The notes: generated from the sequence alone by a model not told the origin. DNA of 63,815 nucleotides, filler included, from Octopus bimaculoides (GCF_001194135.2; 9 parts of 9 records of this genome joined end to end with filler, not necessarily neighbours in it), one strand, 5' to 3'; shown: positions 38,341 through 51,070, numbered from the whole stretch's first letter. Translations and numbers: made by a program.

Positions 38341-38409
38341 CTGCTAAGTTACCAAACTACTAAGGTACCGAACTAAGTTGCCGAACTGCTAGGTTAGAAA
38401 CTCTTTAAG

Positions 38410-39118
38410 ATGTTCCTAGTGCAGCAACATCAAAGGAAGGCTGACTGGGAAGATAGCTTTCATGTGCGACAGATGCACAGGAGCAATAAACACCACTGAT
38501 GCTCAGAAAACAGATTCCATCACATGCTAGGAAGAGAAACTAGAAGTAGTTGATAGCACCCACTACCTAGGTGATCAAGTCTGTAGTGGGGGTGGACGCT
38601 CAGAGAGTGTTACCACTAGAATAAGAATAGCCTGGGCAAAGTTCAGAAAGCTTCTACTCCTACTGGTGACAAAGGGCCTCTCGCTCAGAGTGAAAGGTAG
38701 ATTGTATGATGCATGGGTGCAAACTGCCATGCTTCACAGCAGTGAAACATGGGCTGTGACTGCTGAAGACATGCATAGGCCCGAAAGAAATGAAGCTAGC
38801 ATGATCCACTGGATGTGTAATGTCAGTGTGCACACATGACAGAGTGTAAGCACCCAGAGAGAAATGTTGGACATAAGAAGCATCGGATGTGGCATGCAAG
38901 AGATACATTTGTGTTGGTATGGTCATGTACTATGGATGGACGAGACGAGGAGGGCTGTGTGAAGTAGTGAAAAGAATCCGGGGTATAGGAAGACCTAGGA
39001 AGATATGGGACGAGGTGGTGAAGCATGACCTTCGGACATTGGGCCTCACAGAGGCAATGACAAAAGACTGAGACCTCTGGAGATATGCTGTGACTGAGAA
39101 GACCCGGCAAATAAAGTA
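38410..39118 (+). mobile_element. RTE-clade LINE 3' fragment (pseudogenised)
   Basis: KLEVVD...YLGDQV..GGG.SESV..RIRIAWAKFRKL...SETWAV...WYGHV...KIWDEVVKHDLRTLGLTEAMTKD: RTE RT C-terminus and thumb. Confidence 0.88.
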
Positions 39119-39129
39119 ACCTGTAACCT

Positions 39130-39517
39130 ACACCACTGTCACATAACCAGCCCATTCAAAAGTACCTTGGATCGTAGGTGACATGTTGTACTTGAGGAGA
39201 CCTATTGAGTCAAGTACATCAACATCAAAATCAAATGGAAATTGTAGTTGTGTTCCCTGTGCCGGTGGCATGTAAAAAGCACCATCCAAACGTGGCCGAT
39301 GCCAGTGCCGCTTTGACTGCCCCTTCTGGCCTGTGCCAGCCCCCTCTGGCCATGCTGGTGGCACGTAAAAAGCACCCATTACACTCTCAGAGTTGTTGGC
39401 ATTAGGAAGGGCATCCAGCTGTAGAAACACTGCCAGATCAGACTGGAGCCTGGTTTAGCCTTTGGACCGTCCAACCCATGCCAGCATGGAAAATGGAGGT
39501 TAAACGATGATGATGAT
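39130..39517 (+). mobile_element. RTE-associated SINE-like element (family G) with (GAT)n tail
   Basis: Duplicated ggtggca.gtaaaaagcacc module, ggcattaggaagggcatccagctgtagaaac segment, tail ccaacccatgccagcatggaaaatggaggttaaacgatgatgatgat. Confidence 0.75.
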
Positions 39518-39519
39518 AA

Positions 39520-39680
39520 TACACATGACAGGCTTCTTACAGTTTTTGTCTACCAAATCCACTCACAAGGCTTTGTTCAGCCTGAGGCTAAAATAAAAGA
39601 CACTTGCCCAAGGAGCCACACAGTGGGACTAAACCTGGAACCATGTGGTTAGGAAACAAGCTTCTTACCACAGAGCCACA
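39520..39680 (-). mobile_element. SINE family A head
   Basis: Reverse complement of the head and CORE-like segment. Confidence 0.85.
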
Positions 39681-39730
39681 TATATATNNNNNNNNNNNNN
39701 NNNNNNNNNNNNNNNNNNNNNNNATATATA

Positions 39731-40435
39731 CTAGCAGAAATACCCAGCATTGCTTGGGTTAAAGGGAATGATGAATTTTAAAAACACCGTCTAGATTATG
39801 CAGGTCTCACCTAGTTGCTGAAATACTAACTTTCTGCATTAGTAACTCTCCAACCCATGCCAGCATGGAAAATACATGTTAAGTGAAATGTTAAAAGGAA
39901 GTTTTTAACTCACATACGTATATAAAGTAAATATATGTAATAAAAAAACACGTTTTTTTATAGCTTATTTCGTAACCAAAAAGCAAGTACAGACTATAAG
40001 CAATGAAAGGCGGATTGTGGTGATTCATTTGACAGAGGTAGTAGAGAGCCAATCCAATGATAAATCTAACTTTGGATCTTGAAAGTTTGCATGAATCCTG
40101 GCTCAGCTAAATCTCTTGTGGCTCCAAATGATGCCATCTGTAGTGCAGCATTGTATTGTCTAATTTTGTTTTGAAAGTGCTTGAAATCTTGGTCAGTTGA
40201 TGACAACAGTTTCTTCAATGGCTCTAAAGGTTGGGGGATTGCAGGGAGTTTAACCTTTCTACCACTACAGCACAGTGCAGGTTTTCTCTCCAGGCCACTT
40301 TCTTGATTTACAATGTATGCACTCAGTTGTCATTGTACCAATGGAAACTCTAGTGTCATTTGCATAATGAAATGCTGAATCATAACTGAAAGCTGCTTTA
40401 TAGAAGTTGCATCTCTGCGCTATCTGAAGCTTCAC
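39731..40435 (-). mobile_element. Internally deleted Helitron: Rep N-terminal coding remnant fused to a canonical 3' end
   Basis: Minus translation CIHCKSRKWPGE...VKLPAIPQPLEPLKKLL...IRQYNAALQMASFGA...GFMQTFKIQS*IYHWIGSLLP; 3' terminus acccaagcaatgctgggt hairpin + atttctgCTAG followed by T. Confidence 0.85.
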
Positions 40436-40479
40436 CTTTATCTTTGTAGAAGCTGACTATGGTGCTGCTACGCCAGTCA

Positions 40480-41210
40480 CTGGGTATGACTCCTTCATGA
40501 ACTACCTGGTTTACAATACGGGTGACTAGACCATAACCCACACCACCAGATATTTTAAGCATCTCAGCAATGATTTCTTATGGGCCGGGGGCTTTTCCTG
40601 ACTTCATATCATTAATTGCTTTATCTATATGGGAGCTGTCTATTCAGGTAGCTGATCCCTCTATCAGGTCAACATTTGGTAGGCACTTCTCCTCCCATTC
40701 GTTCTCCACATTCAGCAGCCTTTCATAATAGCTTCTTCAAGCCTCTTTCTTTGCAGAATCATTAAAAGCAAGTGTGCAATCTTCCATGCAGATACATTTC
40801 TCTCCTGTAACATCACAATTTTCTCTCACACGCTGTCTTGCAATCTGAAATACTTCAGTTCTTTGGTCCTAATGTTGCTGAACATCGGCAAACTTCTTCT
40901 TTTCTGCTTCTCCCTTGGCTATGTATACCTGTCACCCAGCCTCATTTCTGGCTATTTGGTACAGTTCCCTACTTTTGATCCCTTTGAAATATCAGAACTG
41001 CTCTGTGGAACGGGCTAGTCACATTCTACTTCTGCTCACATACTTTCTTCTTGCATACTCAAGTCCCGTACTTAACTCCCTTCTCCTTGTTGCCAATATT
41101 GTCCACCTCTCTTGCTCTAGACTCAGCACTAATTTCTGAGTCCAGATCTTTTCCCATAAAACATTGAGTCTCCAGAATTCCATTTCTACTATGCTTTCTC
41201 TACAACTGTC
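40480..41210 (-). mobile_element. RTE-clade LINE internal fragment (EN-RT linker to RT N-terminus)
   Basis: AINDMKSGKAPGP*EIIAEMLKISGGVGYGLVTRIVNQVVHEGVIPSDW on the minus strand. Confidence 0.85.
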
Positions 41211-44200
41211 AACTTGCAACTATTTAAGAGTAATATTTACTACATCAGTCTCACCAGAACTATTGCAAAGGCAATAGCCTCTGCCCCTTCCTCCAATCCA
41301 AAAGTTAAAAAGTAAAACCCATCTATTGCTGAACAATTCAGTTGTACTTGACTTTCAACAGGCAAACAATTTATTCAAAACATGGTATAAATATTTTAAA
41401 ACATAAATTCCTTGCTTCATCATTATATCCTTCTATGTATGACACTTTGTTTTATGTATATAAATATCTGTATAAAAAGCATTGATGCAATCACAAACAT
41501 TTTAAAATTTGTTGTGTGGTTTTCAATGATTTATTGATTCCTTTAAAAAATAGAAATAAATTTAAATAATTAATGTGGTAAAACTAGATTCCTTGTGTGC
41601 ATACATTTGAGAGTGTTAATGTGTAAATAGAAGTCAATGTGTGTTTATATGGCAGGGGTTTGTTCTAGCATTCATTCTATTAACATAATCTATCACCCAT
41701 TTCCCTCTCTCTTCCTCTTTCTCTTCAGTTCCTCTCTATTTCTCCATCTTCTTCGACATCATTATTTTATTGTTTATCTTCACTGTTTTCTTTCCTATCA
41801 TTAATGTTTCAACTACAGGCTAATCAACATGACACTTGGTCCCTTTCAGTGAATGATGATGAGTCCACATACCATAGAAGGAAGAAAATGGCAAAAAAAA
41901 AAACCAAAAACAAAATGTACAAATCTTATGAAGCCAATCTAGAATAAGTTTTAACAATAATACCATCAAAAGCAAACAAATAATTGAAATTGCTGACCAA
42001 TTTCTTTCATAGTTTGAGGTAAAAATGTCAGCATAACTGTAAGGCACTAAACCCAACAACAATAGCAAAACATGAAATAAGAATGCTGCTGCTGCTCATG
42101 ATGGCAATGAAGGTGGTGATGGTGGTGATAAGGATAATTATTTAGCAATATAATTTGAGTGCTGGCTAAAGTATGACCAGCAGCCAAAGTAATTACCCCA
42201 TATCACTGTTACCACAGATCGTTTTCACTAACATTATCCATTTCCCAATGTCATGATACATCTAATGTGATATCACTCCAATACCCCTTACTACATTCAG
42301 TGATGGTGGTAGATGAATCATCACACCTTTTATGGGAACATGGGTAACGGCAATATCACAATGTACTGATGTAAACCAACATTTACTGAGGACACAGAAA
42401 TAAGATGTTCACACCAATCTTTATCTAGTATTAAACCAGTTACCACACCTCCACCCACGTCACTATTGCTAATCTGTTTCTAACATTTCTCAATGAACAT
42501 GATATATTAACTCTTACAGAAAGTCTACAATAGAAACTATTCTACTACTCAGTCAATTACATAATATCATGACAATATTAATCTTCAGCAGCTGATACAA
42601 CTGGCTTGTTGTCACACGTGTCCTACTACTTGTATCCCTGATTATCCTTTCTGCTGATACTCTACTATCACTGACACCAGAATCAGTTAATATGTTTATT
42701 GGTTCATATCTTATGTATTGTGCAAAAATACTTAATTCTCAATGGTTCCTCCAATCTAACTGTAAATATGTATTATAATGAAGTGCAATGCATTTCAGTA
42801 AGCAGCTGGAGCACTCTATTTCTGATGGGTGTTTCTTTTGCTTCTATTAAGTCTTGGGAAGGGAAAAATAACACTTCCAGTAAGTCTTTCTTTGAATTGT
42901 TACTTGAAAATGAAACTTTGTGTTATGCCTCAAGGAATGTTCTTATTTCAAATCTGTATATAGTTGGTTTAGATTTTCATCATTCCTCAAGAGTCCATTT
43001 TCATATAAAAAAATAAGAATACATATTATATCTGCTATAGTGATTTACAAATCTGATTTGTCTTTGATTCAGCTATCAATTTGAGATGGCTGGTCACATC
43101 TGTTTGTTATCTGCTTGTCTTGTGTTGTTTTCAGTGTCATTCTTGAAGTTACTCCTACCAGATAGGTTTCACTGTATTCTTGTGTTTTATTTGTCTATAT
43201 AGTTTTTCATCTGATATTCCATTCACTTTTGTTACAAGTATTTGAATTACTCTTTCCAAATAGTTTATCAGTTGCCATCGTACAAAACAACTGATCTGAA
43301 TGTATATAAAACATCAACAGAAACATCAACAACAACTGTAATATCAATAGTATTAATTCAAGAAATTATTCTAACACATTCTGATAATATTTGCTGCATC
43401 ATTTACTAACAACGTTTTCCTTATCTATCATTGTTGTTCCATTTCAATGGAACCTTAATATTTATTTTCTAGTTGGTTGAACTGAGGCAAGGTATGTTTA
43501 TATTACTTTGCCTTTGGATATGAAGTAATATTTGCAGTATGTTTGAACTCATGACATCTTTAATCTGCTACCTTAGACTATTATTAAACAAGCCTTACAT
43601 TTATATTAACAATACGTTTTTCGCTGGTACAGTCAATTTTGAATATTCTGCTCAAATTTATGATTTCTTTGTTATCATTTTAAAAAGAGACAAAAATAAT
43701 TCTATTATTCTGAAATAGAATAAGTTAAATACATTTTAATTTTGATGTCTTTTCAGAAGTCTAGAAAGTAGAAAGAAAATAGTTTCTAAGTTTAGCATAT
43801 AATAGAAGCATTTATTTTTAGCTTAACCATTTTATCACTTAATTAAACTTCAAGATTGTTTTAAAGAATGTATGTTTGTGTGTGTGTGTGCTCACGTGTG
43901 TGTGTGTGCGTACATATCTATATGTGTTTGTGTCTGTTAAACATGATAGGAAAGAAAGAAAAGATATGAAGCAATCAATAATTTGACTTCCACTGATGTT
44001 TGATGCTGAAAGAAAATGTTTTTTGTCTTTTTCTGATTGATGTTTGATGTCAAATGAGTTGGTGATATATTTAATGATGGTTTGAAGTTTTGTGGACTGG
44101 CTAGTTATATGAAATAAACAAAGACTACATATTTGGAAGTGAGCTATGTTTTCTTGTAAGCACCATTAGCAAAGACAGAAAATATCTAAAGTATAAATTC

Positions 44201-44619
44201 ACTTAGGAACAGCGAGGTTAACATTATTTTAAAATTACATTGAAGTGAAAGTTGATGTGTTTCCATCAACTTTCCAACACACTTCTTATCCCTTCAAAGA
44301 ATCGCCCTGAGTGATACATCAGAACTCACTCTTCTCTTATCTTAAGAATATCATTGATCGCTTTTTCTTTTCTTTTTGTAAAGGTAGACCTTTAGTTGTT
44401 ATTTAGCCTGAGATTGAGTTAATTCGTAAAATAATAATCAAAGGCAGTCTGGTCATGATCATCCATTCTTTTAGTTAGACTAGCTGATCTGATGTGTGTT
44501 TAGCATATTTTTTTTTTTTATCTTTATGGTTAGAAGAGAAGGAAGTACCTACAATCTTTCACAGGACTTTTGAAATTAGTGTGAGGGAGGGTATACTCAA
44601 ACTAGAGACTTTATCCAAA

Positions 44620-44910
44620 TGCTTGCATCAGTGTGGACTCTGTTAAAAGGCACCCAAAAAGCCAGGTGGTAATGTTAAACCAGGAAATAGAATATGTCAA
44701 CCATAAAGGTGGGAAATGGTAAGATTTGAGCTCAGAATGCAAAGAATCAGAACAAATACTGTAAGGTGTCTGGCCCGACATCCTTAAAATTCTACCAAAC
44801 CACCCACTCCCCTGTCCTCAAAAGAGAAAGACTAAGTTATCTGTGGTAGGATTTGAACTCAGAGAACTGAATGCCAGAAGAAATGATGCAAGGTATTCTA
44901 GCTGAGACTC
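44620..44910 (-). mobile_element. Two decayed partial family B SINEs
   Basis: atttgagctcagaatg and atttgaactcagagaa B-box complements with family B flanks. Confidence 0.6.
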
Positions 44911-45575
44911 TAAAAGCATGATTTGCAGGAAATTTTGCTGCTATTTTTAACAAGTTAAATAATCATTCTTCACTAGTTTGCAAAGATTCTAGTTTTCACA
45001 TTGCTGTAAAGTGGGTGTCAATATAAAACTTACTCAACTCAATTCTAACTAATGACCAAATTTATTTTACAGTGAGATTTATAAATCTACTAGGGTACCA
45101 ACAATTTCAAGAAAGCTTCCCTTAATATAACAGATGTTAGTCTTAAAATAAGTGAAGAAACCAAGAAACACACAAACTGAGAGGAAAAATGATCAATCAA
45201 TCAAAATGAAATAAATAAGTACATGAAAACCAAGTAAATAACTACTAGGAGTAAATATTCTTTACCAGTATGTTGTTTTGCTAGCATTAACCACTGCTGA
45301 ATTCACTTTGGGATTGATAGAAATAGAAATATATATGTATAATTAAGACAAAGCCACAAATTCAGTATACACACACATATATGCAATATATGTGCATGCA
45401 CACAGACACACACACACACATTTATTTATCTATCTGTCTGTCCATCTATCTATATATATAAATGCATCAATCTATTTATCCATCTATATATCTATTTCTA
45501 TATATATGTGTATATATAAATGCATCTATCTATCTATCTATCAATATATATATATATATATCTATAGATATATAT

Positions 45576-45899
45576 ATGGGAGATTATACAAAAAATAACA
45601 ACAGACGAGGACAGGTGGTGTAAATAACAAAAGTATATATTAGTATGACGCTCGGGAATACGGAAAGTCTTTGACGTTTCGAGCTACGCTCTTCAACAGA
45701 AAGAATACGGAGACAAGGAGAAAAACACGGAGAAAAAAAATTGAATAGTGTTCAGTCAACGGTCAATCATAATAATGGCCGATCATAACAATGGCTGACT
45801 GACCGGAAGTTAGAAATTCTTATTTCAGGAGAGCTAAGAAAGGGGGAGATAACGAACGGTGATCGGGAACGAGGGGCTGTGTGTGGGAGGTAGACTGCT
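45576..45899 (-). mobile_element. Probable Penelope-like 3' terminal repeat (pLTR) ending in (TA)n
   Basis: Contains a minimal hammerhead ~90 nt from a 3' end that abuts a (TA)n tract; the 5' part runs into a gap. Confidence 0.75.
45668..45704 (-). ncRNA. Minimal type-I hammerhead ribozyme motif with CUGUUGA core variant
   Basis: Minus strand: UCUUU-CUGUUGA-A-GAGC-GUA-GCUC-GAAA-C-GUC-AAAGA. Perfect 5-bp stem I, 4-bp stem II, palindromic ACGU stem III, GUC cleavage triplet. Confidence 0.8.
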
Positions 45900-46449
45900 N
45901 NNNNNNNNNNNNNNNNNNNNNNNNNNNNNNNNNNNNNNNNNNNTTAATTAATTAANNNNNNNNNNNNNNNNNNNNNNNNNNNNNNNNNNNNNNNNNNNNG
46001 TGTGTGTGCATAAAACTAAGTAAAGTTGTAAGGTACTGCATGTGTGGAAATATATATGACAGAAGGTTAAACGCAGCTGCAAGTGTAAAAGTTTGTAAAA
46101 TGCAATTTTAAAGATTTTTATTGACTTGACTGGTTTCACTTTTTTAGAAAACGATTGTCAAAAGTAAGAGGTAAATCTTTGTATAAGCCTTGTTGTGTTA
46201 AGTACTGGTTATCACAAAAGTATTAAAATACAGTTATACATTCTTTGATAATAATAGGAAAATGTTAAAAAAGGTATTGAACAAAAAGTATTATGAGTTG
46301 AATAAAAATATTTTCTTTATATCAATATTTTTATTTCTTGTTTTTAAAAAAAAATATTTATTATCTGTATTCCAAAACTTCATTATATTATTAACTATAT
46401 GTGTATATTCATATATTTATATGTCCATATATATATTTAATATTCATAT

Positions 46450-48690
46450 ATTTTATATGTATTTTTAATATATCAAAATGTGTTTTGAACTATTGTTATC
46501 TTATTCAAATCCATATACATGTGTGTGCGTTGTAGTTCGCCTGATTTGAACTTTCTCCATTCTATTTATTATTCTTGTCAAACGTCTCAGGTTCGACTTG
46601 AGCACTTAGCTAGTTTAAAATTTGAAGCAAAGCTTTTAGACCATTATGCTACATTTGTGTACACACCACACCTCAATGGTCTAGAAGCACCAGCGTAAGA
46701 ATTTCTGAGTGATTAATTATTTCTTCCATCCAGGAAGAGGGATTCCTTTCACTGTGTGCGCATATTTTAATTCAAATATGGTACGTGTAGCTCAATATAT
46801 TAATGTATATTGTTATGTAAGCTTATCTTGGTTCCTATGTTTTCTATCATTCCGTGAATTTTTGTTGGTCACGTCTAACACTCAATATACCAGCGATCTC
46901 ATCTTAGAGACTTCTAGATTTTGCTGCTGAAGAGTTGTTTGTATTTCTTGTTGTCGTCGTAGTATTATGTTCAGTCGTCTGATTTAGACTATATTTTTAA
47001 AGCAACTACTCTTTTTTTATTTCCTTTCTCATAAATTGTACTCCGAACTACATGATTTTCTTTCACATGCTCTCTATTATTTGAAAATATTGTTCTCCAT
47101 TTGCCAGTATATTTTATAAATGCACTCAGCATTTTGTTTGTTTTCCCACTGCTAAATCACGTACAGTATAGTTGAATATTATATTGATTATTACTTATAT
47201 AACTTATTAATGGATCAGCACGGTATTCATGCTTATTATGTACTTATCATTTTACTTTGGCTTATGTACTAAGCCAACACTTCTGTATTCATTAATCCGG
47301 AAATTCCTTAAATGGATATGCATTACATTTTGTCTATTTCACTAATTCGGAAATATTTATAGATTTCGTGCCTGTTTATTAAGCTTCGTATTAGACTCCC
47401 TTTTCTCATTTTACTCAATTGTATTTCATATCAGTCTGAGTAATAGTTCAAAAATATTTCAGAATGGGTCTGTAGAATTAATTTGACAAAATTTTTTTTA
47501 TATAATTTACACTATAGATTCCATAGCATATAAATTGAAAAATTACATATATAAATTGTGTTTGATTGTCCTCTGAGAGTGAGATTTGTTGGACTATTTC
47601 TCTTCTTATAAGCATTGATTTTATGCATCTGCATAAATGTCTGATATTACTTCATGTCGTCTTTCATGTAATGCTTATTCTTCGTGCTATTTCAAATTTG
47701 ACTGTAGTATCCTTTTATCCAAATATGAAACACAGTATGAAAAGTCTTCTGTTATTCAACTACTTCTGATTTTAGCAGTCCTATGTCACTCTACAGTTTT
47801 CAGTTTGGCTTTGATGAACAAATATTGATCTTTGAAACACAGCATCAATTCTGTTTTTCTCAAAGTGGGCTTTTCATTGGAGTTATTTATTCTCTGCGAT
47901 ACTATCATAAATAACTGAATCTAAGCTACAACCAAATTATAAATCTGTGTTTTTTCCCTTTCCTCTTTTTTTTTTTTTCAATTTAGTTCTATTTTTAGTA
48001 TTGAGGATTGTGATATTTTCCGAGTGAAATATTTATACGTGTGCTGTTCCAGATTCTGCGATATCGTCATTACCTATATTTGCCAGCATTTTTACTATAT
48101 CCATTAAGTATTCTAATCCTATATAGCTGATTTTATCAATTACTTGTATATACCAGTTTCTTATGTTTGTCGTGTCAAGTATTCTTTCTTTCGTTAACAG
48201 ATTTGACGACGATTGTTCAGGTGCTGTGTTCAATATTTGGAACACTCTCTGCCAAGGCGTTTCCTTAACTTAATCAATTCTTCTTGATATTTTCCTCACT
48301 CGTTATGTGCAATGACTTAATTTCTGCTTTATTTGCTTTATGATTTACTGAATACTTATGAATTGAAAGAAGTATCTATGACTATTGGGAACGCCATCAA
48401 GCTTTCCATATGGTGGTTATTTGCGATTTGATAATCGCTTGTTTCAAGTTCTCTTTCGATTTCAGTATTTCTTCTGAGTGACTCTGTTATTTGTACTTCA
48501 TTATTTCATGTATGTATTTTTGTGTGGGGTTTTAATAAAATTCGTATGAATCTTAATTTCATTCTTCAGTATTCTAGAGTGTGTTTCTGTTTCTCGATGA
48601 TGCTCTTTTAAGCTATAATATTTCGTGTAAGAAGAAAGCAGCGAGCTGACATGATCATAAGCACGCCGTACAATATGCTCAGTAGTATTT
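46450..48690 (-). mobile_element. Ancient, heavily decayed RLE-type (R4/NeSL-like) retrotransposon
   Basis: Scattered minus-strand remnants in the expected order: NIRNWYIQVIDKISYIGLEYL (cf. NW.APG.DKI...W.K.L), CFKDQYLFIKA (cf. CKDQLLI.K), QKTFHTVFHIWI (cf. KAFDSVPH.WI), RRQQEIQT (cf. AIQEQEI.T). Confidence 0.55.
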
Positions 48691-48699
48691 CTTCTCTCT

Positions 48700-48810
48700 T
48701 TGCGTTCTGAGTTCACCTTTTTGAGGTAGATAGAATAAGTACTAGTTGAACACTGGGATCAAAGTAATCGACTTACACCTTCCCGAAGTTGCCAAATTTG
48801 AAACCACTAT
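48700..48810 (+). mobile_element. SINE family B, 3' part
   Basis: gatagaataagtactagttgaacactgggatc...ccaaatttgaaaccact. Confidence 0.7.
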
Positions 48811-48989
48811 TTCTCGTAAAAATAGATTTGAGTTAATGCACAATATCCATTCAACCACTCTAGTCGAATCATATTTCTTATTTGTTCGTGACATAGATGT
48901 CATTTATTATTTTCTTTAATTCTACGATGGTCAACGCGTTGAGTGTTATCGTTTTTGATACTGTAACTATTTTCTTTTTCGTCATTTCA

Positions 48990-49185
48990 TGCAAACACCG
49001 CATGACAACCGATGCTGGTGTATTTACGCCCGCGTAATCAGCGGTTCGGTGAAAGAGAACGATAAAATAAGTACCATACTTTAAAAAGAAGGCAAATACT
49101 GGGATCGATTCATTCGACTAAAGATAATTCAAGGTGGTACTCCAAACGACCGCAGTCTAATGACTGAAACAAGTAGCAAAAATAA
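48990..49185 (+). mobile_element. SINE family A, 3' half
   Basis: gacaaccgatgctggtg...gcggttcgg...cgcagtctaatgactgaaacaagt. Confidence 0.85.
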
Positions 49186-49199
49186 AACGAAAATGGTAG

Positions 49200-50240
49200 T
49201 TATTGTCCTCAGGCAATTTACATGCTGCATCTAACTCTTGTTGCAGACCCGTGGCATCTGCAGTGTTCTAAATCACTTGTGAGACTTTTGTCTCATCTGC
49301 AAAGCTTGCAACGATACATGTCTGCGTGGCTTAGGTCATGTCTGAGAGCGTCACTATGAACAGCAATGTCCTCAAGACAGTTCTCAATGGGACACCACTC
49401 ACAATTTGTGTTTCCTTGGAGTGGACCGTTGGCTCTTAGTACTTGTTTTTTTATCTTTTATGTCATGTAGCTAGTTTTCCGACGATGCTGAGATCACACA
49501 GTCTGAAATTTCATTCCAAGATCGAATCTGTACTGCGATTTCGATAAATCATGGTATCTTGCATCCACATTGAAGAAGTGATTTAACACTCATTCGTAGT
49601 GTTGTAAGAGGTGTGTGAGGCAGATTCTTTGTGGTTGGAAACCATGCTGGATGTCAGTCAGCCAGTTATTTTCTTCAAGGCATTTGATTAGTTTTCCTCT
49701 GACAATTCATTCCATGACCAAGTTGATAAATGAGGTTGGAGAAGCACGCTTATATATTTTGACATGCTCACCTACTCCGCTTTCACATCTAGTACGCTTC
49801 TTCCTTATAGAAAGGGCATATGATTCCTTCTTTCACTTAATGGGAAGCTTACTACCTGCAAGAAAGAGGAGAGTCTGCTGTGGCTTTGATGAGACTTGTT
49901 TGCATGATTTTAGAAGTATTCCTAGTAATCAATCTGAACCGGTGGTTGAGTCCCAAAAGTTTATTTCATCTGTGACCAGTATTTCATTTTTTTTTCATGC
50001 CGATGTAATCAATCCTCAAGTTGTCCCTTTATAAAAATGTAGCGGGAAAAAGAACTCCGACTTTACGGGCTTGCTCTTTTGACGTAGTGCAGTGTAGCAA
50101 ACATCTTTGAATTTTTCGTTCAGGGTTTCACTTGATGAGTTTCCTGTGAATGAGTCGCTATTAGAATGGTGGCTTACCCCTGCAATGCAATGCCTTCATT
50201 TCTTTCTCAAATGTACTCAAGAAAATCAGTTAAACTTGTA
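49200..50240 (-). mobile_element. CR1/L2-like LINE RT fragment (pseudogenised)
   Basis: Minus translation DIQHGFQPQRICLTHLLQHYE and ASFADET (FADD-like) in the correct order. Confidence 0.8.
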
Positions 50241-50653
50241 GCATCAGTGCTGAAAGATTTTAGATATTCTAAAAAGTCTACTCGAATCAGAATTAATGAG
50301 CCAAGATGTTGTAAGATTTACTAAAATGATAGATTAAATTTTAATTGCTCATTTCTCCTAGTAGGCAGTAAATGACGTATATCCAGTTCTTCAAACGTGA
50401 AAGATTATCTTACAATTATCTGTAAAAATTGTGTTGCTAGAGCATCCTTTGGGAACCCACACTCTGCTTTGTTTATACAGCGTATGTATTTCTTTAATGA
50501 AGAAAGACAAACTTCAGGAATAATATATGACAAAAAAATAGAACGAATGATCATTTTCAATTCCGAAATGCAAGACAGTCAAGAGTTATTTCTTGCGGAT
50601 AGACACGAAGACGTGTATAACCCGTTAAGATTGATCTTAATATTTACAATTAA

Positions 50654-51070
50654 GAAGGCGGTGAGCTGGCAGACACGTTAGCAAGCCGGGCGTAATGCTT
50701 AGCGGTATTTCGTCTGTCTTTCAGTTTTGATTTCACGTTCCACCATGATCGACTTTGCCCTTCATCCTTTCGGGGTTGATAAATTAAGTACCAGTTGCGT
50801 ACTGGGGTCTATCTAATCGACTAGCCCCTTCTCCAAAATTTTCGGGTCTTCTGCCTAGAGTAGAAAAGAATATTCACAATATAGTTAACGTGGCGAAATG
50901 GCAGAATCGTTAGCACACCGGGCAAAATGCTTAGCTACATTTCGTCCATCTTTACGTTCTCAGTTCAAACTCCGCCGAGGTCAGCTTTGCTCTTCATTGT
51001 CTACAGTTGAGTATTACGGTTGATGTAACAGATAGCCTTCCCCACCCTGAGACTGTGGGCCTTGTGCTAA
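50654..51070 (+). mobile_element. Two tandem family B SINEs, CpG largely retained
   Basis: Heads at 50654 and ~50890. Confidence 0.9.

Noticed and set aside
41818-41945. Possible acceptor after a long pyrimidine tract leading to ANQHDTWSLSVNDD...*
   Set aside because: Low-complexity context, a poly-A run in frame and no homology recognised.
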